A DNA stretch of 24,000 bases from an uncultured Cellvibrio sp. Lineage in GTDB: Bacteria > Pseudomonadota > Gammaproteobacteria > Pseudomonadales > Cellvibrionaceae. Within the stretch, counting starts at the first letter, position 1. Each line of letters opens with the position of its first letter. Below, one piece after another: positions 18,720-24,000 of the stretch. A program made the position numbers and the translations under genes. The stretch is taken from positions 38,041 through 62,040 of the forward strand of contig CBINNU010000014.1 in the NCBI GenBank assembly GCA_966252135.1, in the 5' to 3' direction. The notes beneath the pieces are model-generated. The model saw only the letters and a list, made by a program, of their open reading frames with translations. It did no database searches and was not told where the DNA came from.

Positions 18720-19607
18720 ATGACGGGGATTCGATTGTTGCTAATGGCCGCAGGCCTCTGCCTTGCGACCTTTCTCTCTGCGCAAACACCCAAACCTATG
18801 GAGGTGCGTTACGCCAGCCCGCCGGGCCATGCGTTTTTGCATGTCTATAAAGTGGAGTTGATTCGGCGTGCTTTAGAAGTCACCCGTGAGGAGTTCGGCG
18901 ATTACGAATTGCGCGAGTTTAATGGCGATAATCCCAATGATCAGCGTCGCGTTCTGCTCATCAATGACGGCAGCCTGGTCAATTTATTGTGGGCACCTTC
19001 GGGGTCTATAGTGACCAAAGCCGAGGTCATTGAAATCCCGGGTGATGTCTTGCAGGGCTTATTGGGCTACCGGGTTTGTTTGAAAAATACCAACGCCCAC
19101 AAATCGTTCATTGATGTAAAAAATCTGGATGATCTGCGCAAAATTCGCATAGGTCAGGGTGAAGAATGGCCGGATGTGAATATCTATGAAGCCAATCAGA
19201 TCAAACCCATATTGGCCCCGACGCTGCGCAGCTTGTTTGAAATGCTGGGTTACAAGCGTTTTGATTGTTTACCGTTTGGCGCTAACGAGGCAGCTTATGT
19301 ACTCAATCAACGCAAAACCTTGTATCCCTTTTTGGAGTTGGATGATCAGCTGCTGCTCTACTACGAATTTTCCATACATTTTTATGTTAGCAAGCGCTTC
19401 CCGCGAATCGCCGAGCGTTTGACTCTGGGGTTGAAAAAACTGGAAGAGACCGGGGAATTCGACACTATGTTCAGGCAGTATCACGCTGCGGATCTGAAAC
19501 TGCTAAACCTGAAACAGCGCAGGGTAATTTGCCTAAAGTCGCCTTATGTCGAGTCTGAACAATGCAACAAGCCAATCCAATACCCTGAGAAATGGATTCA
19601 GGATTGA
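18720..19607 (+). CDS. Orphan periplasmic protein, probably type-2 periplasmic-binding-protein fold (amino-acid ABC substrate-binding-like), function unknown
   Basis: 295 aa with signal peptide MTGIRLLLMAAGLCLATFLSAQ. Size and pattern (..LLWAP....K......IP..VLQGLLGYRVCL.......DDLRKIRIGQG..W.D......) resemble family-3 solute-binding proteins. No permease or ATPase gene is adjacent. Fold assignment is by eye only. Confidence 0.5.
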   Translation: MTGIRLLLMAAGLCLATFLSAQTPKPMEVRYASPPGHAFLHVYKVELIRRALEVTREEFGDYELREFNGDNPNDQRRVLLINDGSLVNLLWAPSGSIVTKAEVIEIPGDVLQGLLGYRVCLKNTNAHKSFIDVKNLDDLRKIRIGQGEEWPDVNIYEANQIKPILAPTLRSLFEMLGYKRFDCLPFGANEAAYVLNQRKTLYPFLELDDQLLLYYEFSIHFYVSKRFPRIAERLTLGLKKLEETGEFDTMFRQYHAADLKLLNLKQRRVICLKSPYVESEQCNKPIQYPEKWIQD

Positions 19608-19608
19608 C

Positions 19609-19662
19609 TGGTAAACCAAATTTTGAATTTTTGGTTGACAGCTTGGATTGGCTGGCTAAGAT
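19609..19662 (+). promoter_or_regulatory. BirA operator-like inverted repeat overlapping a sigma70 promoter (bio operon control region)
   Basis: TGGTAAACCAAA-N10-TTTGGTTGACA (19609-19640) resembles the E. coli bioO half-sites TTGTAAACC / GGTTTACAA. The right arm contains TTGACA (19635-19640). A 16-nt spacer then leads to TAAGAT (19657-19662), about 35 nt upstream of the bioB ATG. Confidence 0.6.
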
Positions 19663-19696
19663 GCGGGTATCTTGAGTTGTTTTGGAGTCCCTCCGC

Positions 19697-20761
19697 ATGA
19701 ATGCCCTGGTTAGTTTGTCCGATCTGGTTCGCCATGATTGGACCCGCGATGAAATCCTTGCCCTTTTCGCCTTGCCTTTCAATGACTTGCTGTTTCAAGC
19801 CCAAACAGTTCACCGTCGTCATTTCAATCCTAACGAGGTGCAGGTCAGCACGCTTTGTTCAATCAAAACCGGCGCTTGCCCGGAAGATTGCGCTTACTGC
19901 CCCCAATCCGCCCGTTACGATACTGGCCTTGAGCGCGAAAAATTGATGGCGATAGAAAAAGTCATCGAAGAAGCCAAAGCAGCGAAAGCCACAGGTGCTA
20001 CCCGTTTTTGTATGGGCGCTGCCTGGCGTTCACCCAAATCCAAAGATATGCCCTATGTTGTGAGTATGGTCAAAGGCGTAAAAGCGCTGGGCATGGAAAC
20101 TTGCATGACTCTCGGCATGCTGGATGAACAACAGGCCAAAGATCTGGCTGATGCCGGTTTGGATTACTACAACCACAATCTCGATACTTCGCCCGAATAC
20201 TACGGCGAAATTATTACCACCCGCACTTATCAGGATCGTTTGGAAACGCTCGCCAATGTGCGTGCCGCCGGTATGAAAGTCTGTTGCGGCGGCATAGTCG
20301 GTATGGGCGAAGAACAATTGGATCGCGCCGGTTTATTGCAACAACTTGCGAACATGCCTGAGCATCCCGAATCAGTACCCATCAATATGCTGGTAAAAGT
20401 TGAAGGCACACCGCTGGATAAACAAGATGATCTCGATCCGTTCGAATTTATTCGCACCATTGCAGTAGCCAGAATTCTGATGCCGAAATCGCACGTGCGT
20501 TTGTCGGCTGGCCGCGAAAACATGAATGATCAAACCCAGTCACTGGCATTTTTTGCGGGCGCCAATTCGATTTTCTACGGCGAAAAATTATTAACGACTG
20601 CTAACCCCGAAACCAGCAAAGACATGCAATTGTTCAAACGCCTCGGTATTAATCCCGAAGCTTATGAAGTGCATGAAACTGAAGCTGAGCAAGAAGAGCA
20701 AATCGCACATCAATTGCAAGAAGCGCAGATGAGTGCGTTGTTCTATAACGCTGCGCAATGA
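19697..20761 (+). CDS. bioB: Biotin synthase (radical SAM)
   Basis: The radical-SAM cluster motif is [45 protein letters not shown] aligns with E. coli BioB. I prefer ATG 19697 over the TTG at 19682 used by the ORF track. Confidence 0.95.
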   Translation: MNALVSLSDLVRHDWTRDEILALFALPFNDLLFQAQTVHRRHFNPNEVQVSTLCSIKTGACPEDCAYCPQSARYDTGLEREKLMAIEKVIEEAKAAKATGATRFCMGAAWRSPKSKDMPYVVSMVKGVKALGMETCMTLGMLDEQQAKDLADAGLDYYNHNLDTSPEYYGEIITTRTYQDRLETLANVRAAGMKVCCGGIVGMGEEQLDRAGLLQQLANMPEHPESVPINMLVKVEGTPLDKQDDLDPFEFIRTIAVARILMPKSHVRLSAGRENMNDQTQSLAFFAGANSIFYGEKLLTTANPETSKDMQLFKRLGINPEAYEVHETEAEQEEQIAHQLQEAQMSALFYNAAQ

Positions 20762-20768
20762 TTTTGTT

Positions 20769-20807
20769 TTCACCCCCTCCTAACCTCCCCCTTGGCAAGG
20801 GGGAGGG
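20769..20807. repeat. GC-rich palindromic REP/MITE-like repeat, left copy
   Basis: TTCACCCCCTCCTAACCTCCCCCTTGGCAAGGGGGAGGG. It contains the internal palindrome CCTCCCCC-TTGGCAA-GGGGGAGG (20784-20806). It matches the reverse complement of 20895-20935 except at 3 nt (TAA vs CGG). Confidence 0.85.
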
Positions 20808-20894
20808 ACAAATTGCACCTCGTATTCAACATCTTATTTCTGTTTGTAACGAATTAATTGGATCTTGGTGCGATCAAGATGCTTGCGCATTTCT

Positions 20895-20935
20895 GCCCCT
20901 CCCCCTTGCCAAGGGGGAGGCCGGGAGGGGGTGAA
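20895..20935. repeat. GC-rich palindromic REP/MITE-like repeat, right copy (inverted)
   Basis: GCCCCTCCCCCTTGCCAAGGGGGAGGCCGGGAGGGGGTGAA. The internal palindrome spans 20898-20920. It is the inverted partner of 20769-20807, separated from it by about 87 nt of AT-richer sequence. Confidence 0.85.
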
Positions 20936-20939
20936 TTTG

Positions 20940-22106
20940 GTGAGCCCCTTCGAAAACTTTATCCAATCCGCATTAACCGAGCGAAAACAAAAACATTGGT
21001 ATCGCCAACGTGCGATTGTGGAATCGCCGCAATCGATTCATCTGCAAGTTAACGGCAAACAATTGCTCTCATTTTGCAGTAATGATTATCTGGGCTTGGC
21101 CAATCATCCAAAAGTCATAGAAGCCTTTCAATCTGCCGCAAAACAATACGGTGTTGGCAGTGGTGCTTCGCATTTAGTGTCCGGCCATTCTGCTGAGCAT
21201 CATGCATTGGAAGAAGAGTTAGCTGCGTTTACCGGGCGTGATCGAGCGCTGTTATTTTCAACTGGCTTCGCCGCTAATCTTGGTTGCATCACTGCGCTGT
21301 TAAGTGAAAAAGATGCTGTCTTTGAAGATAAATTAAATCACGCCAGTTTGTTGGATGCGGGTTTGGCATCAGGTGCGCGTTTTCAGCGCTTCTTGCATAA
21401 CGATTTGCAAAATTTACGCGCGCGATTGGAAAAATCCGAAGCAGAAAAAAAATTAATTGTGGTAGACGGTGTGTTCAGTATGGATGGTGATTTGGCGCCG
21501 CTGGATCAATTACATCAACTCGCACGAGAATTTAATGCCTGGCTGATGGTGGATGACGCGCATGGTTTTGGTTGTTTGGGTCAACGCGGTGCAGGTGTGG
21601 CAGAATATTTTTCGCTAACACAAAATGAATTGCCTGTGTTGATGTGTACACTGGGTAAAGCCATGGGAAGTTTTGGAGCCTTTGTTGCGGGCAATGAAAA
21701 TTTAATTGAGTATTTAATTCAGTCGGCGCGTTCGTATATTTACACCACTGCATTACCACCTGCGATTGCAGCGGCAACCCGAATGAGTTTGCGCTTGTTA
21801 ACGGAAGAATCCTGGCGGCGCGAGCATTTGCAAGATTTAATTCAGTATTTTCGCCAACAAGCAACGGCGCTTGATTTGCAGCTAATGTCTTCATCCTCCG
21901 CAATACAACCTTTGTTAATTGGTGATGAGCAAAAAGCTCTGGCGATTTCACGCGCGCTGCAAGAAAAAGGTTTTTGGGTGGTTGCGATTCGCCCGCCGAC
22001 GGTTCCAGTCGGGACATCCCGCTTGCGAATTACTTTATCTGCCGAGCATCAAACTCGCGATATAGACCAATTGTTGGAAAATTTGGCAGCGTTAATTCGC
22101 GCTTGA
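20940..22106 (+). CDS. bioF: 8-amino-7-oxononanoate synthase
   Basis: The PLP-lysine motif is CTLGKAMG. Other motifs are MVDDAHGFG, SNDYLGL and AIRPPTVPVGTSRLRITL, as in E. coli BioF. The start is uncertain, with in-frame GTG 20931, TTG 20937 and GTG 20940 all downstream of GGGAGG. The ATG at 20865 would translate the repeat element. Confidence 0.9.
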   Translation: MSPFENFIQSALTERKQKHWYRQRAIVESPQSIHLQVNGKQLLSFCSNDYLGLANHPKVIEAFQSAAKQYGVGSGASHLVSGHSAEHHALEEELAAFTGRDRALLFSTGFAANLGCITALLSEKDAVFEDKLNHASLLDAGLASGARFQRFLHNDLQNLRARLEKSEAEKKLIVVDGVFSMDGDLAPLDQLHQLAREFNAWLMVDDAHGFGCLGQRGAGVAEYFSLTQNELPVLMCTLGKAMGSFGAFVAGNENLIEYLIQSARSYIYTTALPPAIAAATRMSLRLLTEESWRREHLQDLIQYFRQQATALDLQLMSSSSAIQPLLIGDEQKALAISRALQEKGFWVVAIRPPTVPVGTSRLRITLSAEHQTRDIDQLLENLAALIRA

Positions 22107-22115
22107 TGTTTGGAT

Positions 22116-23666
22116 ATGTTGATGCAAAAAAAAGTATCCCTGGTATTAATTCACGGTTGGGGTTGCGGTAATCAAGCCTGGCAACCTTTACTGGATTATT
22201 TACGCCCCTTTGCTGATTTACAATTAATTGAACTGCCTGGTTTTGGTGAGCAGTCAGCGACTGTGGAATATCAATTGCAAAATATTTTGCCGTTTATCGC
22301 TGAACAAATTCCTGATAAATCCTGGATATTGGGTTGGTCATTGGGTGGTATGTTGGCGGTGCAATTGGCAAGCCATTATCCACAAAAAATTGCTGGTGTT
22401 ATTACGCTTGCTGCTAACGCCCGTTTGGTGGCAGCTGATGGTTATGCGACGGCTATGCCGCTTGCGACTAATCAAGCGTTTAATCAGTCCTTTAGTGAAA
22501 ACCCCGCGCAAACATTAAAAACCTTTTCAGGTTTGATGGTGCAGGGTGCTGAGGATGAGCGTGGCCTTCTCAAAAAAATCCGCAGTATTTTTTCTGTTGA
22601 TTTAATGGATAAAAATTTGGCAGCTCAAGCCTTGCAGCTTTTGTCGGAATTGGATAATCGCCAGGCTCTGGCAGCTTTATCGCAACCCTGTTTGCATCTG
22701 TTGGCAGAAGGTGATGCTTTGGTGCCTGCTGCTGCAGCAGAATCATTGTGCGTAATCAATCCCGCGCATCAGGTAAAGTTGATTGCAAATTCTGCACATG
22801 CAATACAATGGTGTTATCCACAATTAGTTGCGGATGCAATCTATGAATTTATTCGGAGTTCAGCATTAACTCCGGATATTCTTTTTAAAAAGCGAGTGGC
22901 CCGAAATTTTTCCCGCGCCAGTCAGATGTATGACCAAACGGCGCAAGTGCAGTTTACATCCGGAAAACAACTGTTGGATAAATTTTCAGAAGGTTTTCTC
23001 TTGTCAGAATCAGCCAAGGTTTTGGATTTGGGTGCAGGTACTGGCCGCATGTTGCCTTGGTTGGCGGAAAAATTTCCCGGTGCGGATCTGCTGGCTTTGG
23101 ATTTGTCGTTTGCTATGTTGCAACAGGCTTCCAAAAATAGATCTGTGTGTTCGAACTTTATAACAGCTGACGCTGAATCATTGCCTATCGCAAATCGTGA
23201 GCTGGATTTAATCTATTCCAATTTTTCGTTGCAGTGGTGTCAAAATCTGGATCAGGTTTTCAGTGAAATGTCCCGCTGTTTGAAAAAAAATGGCGAAATA
23301 TTGCTTACAACTTTGGTTGATAAAAGTCTGTATGAGTTGCGATCTGCATGGGCTGCGTTGGGCGAGGCGCCCCATGTGATTGATTTTGCAGCCACGCAAA
23401 CTCTGTTGGATCAGGTGTCGCAACAATTTGAAATTGTCCAATATGAAAAAGTCACTTTGGCAGAGAATTTTTTGCAAGTGTCAGATTTGCTAAAAAGCTT
23501 GAAAGCCATAGGCGCAACTTATGTTGGTCAAACGAAAGACAATGTTGGATTATCAGGGCGCAAAAAGTTTGCATTGCTGGCAGAAGCCTACGAAGAGTTT
23601 CGGCGCGACGGACAATATCCCTTAACCTATGAAGTGCTTTTTATCAGAGCGAAAAAACGTGAGTAA
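22116..23666 (+). CDS. bioH-bioC: Fused BioH-type pimeloyl-ACP methyl ester esterase (N-terminal) and BioC malonyl-ACP O-methyltransferase (C-terminal)
   Basis: A single uninterrupted ORF. The N-terminal half has LVLIHGWGCG, the nucleophile elbow GWSLGG, AEGDALVP and NSAHA. From about residue 258, KKRVARNFSRASQMYDQTAQVQ resembles the BioC N-terminus, and SAM motif I VLDLGAGTG follows. Start options are TTG 22110, ATG 22116 and ATG 22122. Confidence 0.85.
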   Translation: MLMQKKVSLVLIHGWGCGNQAWQPLLDYLRPFADLQLIELPGFGEQSATVEYQLQNILPFIAEQIPDKSWILGWSLGGMLAVQLASHYPQKIAGVITLAANARLVAADGYATAMPLATNQAFNQSFSENPAQTLKTFSGLMVQGAEDERGLLKKIRSIFSVDLMDKNLAAQALQLLSELDNRQALAALSQPCLHLLAEGDALVPAAAAESLCVINPAHQVKLIANSAHAIQWCYPQLVADAIYEFIRSSALTPDILFKKRVARNFSRASQMYDQTAQVQFTSGKQLLDKFSEGFLLSESAKVLDLGAGTGRMLPWLAEKFPGADLLALDLSFAMLQQASKNRSVCSNFITADAESLPIANRELDLIYSNFSLQWCQNLDQVFSEMSRCLKKNGEILLTTLVDKSLYELRSAWAALGEAPHVIDFAATQTLLDQVSQQFEIVQYEKVTLAENFLQVSDLLKSLKAIGATYVGQTKDNVGLSGRKKFALLAEAYEEFRRDGQYPLTYEVLFIRAKKRE

Positions 23667-24000
23667 AAAAACTTTTTTTATTACGGGTACTGATACCCAT
23701 GTCGGCAAAACCTCTGTGGCGACCGGCTTACTTAAATTGGCGCAGCAACAAGGCTTGTCGTCTCTTGGGCTAAAACCTGTGGCAGCTGGTTGCGATGAAG
23801 CAGCGGAGGGTTTGCGCAATGAGGATGCTTTGGCTTTGATGGCGGCCTCATCAGTGAAGTTGCGTTATGAACAAATAAATCCGGTCGCACTTAAATCGGC
23901 GGTATCGCCACACATTGCGGCGCAACGTGAAAAGCGCGTGTTATCAGCAGATCGTCTTGCCGGTTTTTGCCGCAGCAATTTTCGTGTTGCAGATTTCACG
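23659..24000 (+). CDS. bioD: Dethiobiotin synthetase, N-terminal 114 codons (runs off the window)
   Basis: Absent from the ORF track because it has no in-window stop. My translation from GTG 23659 reads VSKKTFFITGTDTHVGKTSVATGLL...LKPVAAG...GLRNEDALAL...SPHIAAQ. This closely parallels E. coli BioD (MSKRYFVTGTDTEVGKT...YKPVASG...GLRNRDALAL). It overlaps the bioH-bioC stop by 8 nt. Confidence 0.88.
   Translation, partial: MSKKTFFITGTDTHVGKTSVATGLLKLAQQQGLSSLGLKPVAAGCDEAAEGLRNEDALALMAASSVKLRYEQINPVALKSAVSPHIAAQREKRVLSADRLAGFCRSNFRVADFT

Noticed and set aside
21532-22017. 161-aa minus-strand ORF inside bioF
   Set aside because: It is antisense to a well-supported BioF frame and has no recognisable features.

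Overview
This window looks like ordinary core chromosome from a gammaproteobacterium, not an accessory island. I found no tRNA, rRNA, CRISPR array, integrase, transposase or defence-type genes. Gene order on the two strands is: priA (partial, -), rpmE (+), mrcA/PBP1A (-), pilMNOPQ-aroK-aroB (+), an AAA-ATPase/SPOR protein in the position E. coli gives to DamX (+), apaG (+), a lipoprotein alpha/beta-hydrolase (+), gcvT-gcvH (-), a coupled pair of an exported S1 protease and an FHA-like membrane protein (-), comF (-), an orphan periplasmic-binding-type protein (+), and a biotin operon bioB-bioF-bioH::bioC-bioD (+, bioD runs off the end). The mrcA/pilMNOPQ/aroKB layout parallels E. coli mrcA/hofMNOPQ-aroK-aroB-damX and the Pseudomonas-type pil and bioBFHCD clusters. 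Supported non-coding features are three rho-independent terminators (two bidirectional), a BirA-operator-like inverted repeat overlapping a sigma70 promoter upstream of bioB, a pair of about 40-bp inverted REP/MITE-like GC-rich palindromic repeats inside the biotin operon, and a 15-bp tandem duplication of the comF ribosome-binding site and start codon. Nothing here is clearly a new system. The best candidates for uncharacterised biology are (1) the translationally coupled protease / FHA-like polytopic membrane protein pair, (2) the ExeA-like ATPase-TM-SPOR protein downstream of the pilQ secretin, and (3) the in-frame BioH-BioC fusion. All functional calls rest on motif recognition by eye in the supplied translations. 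No database search was run.
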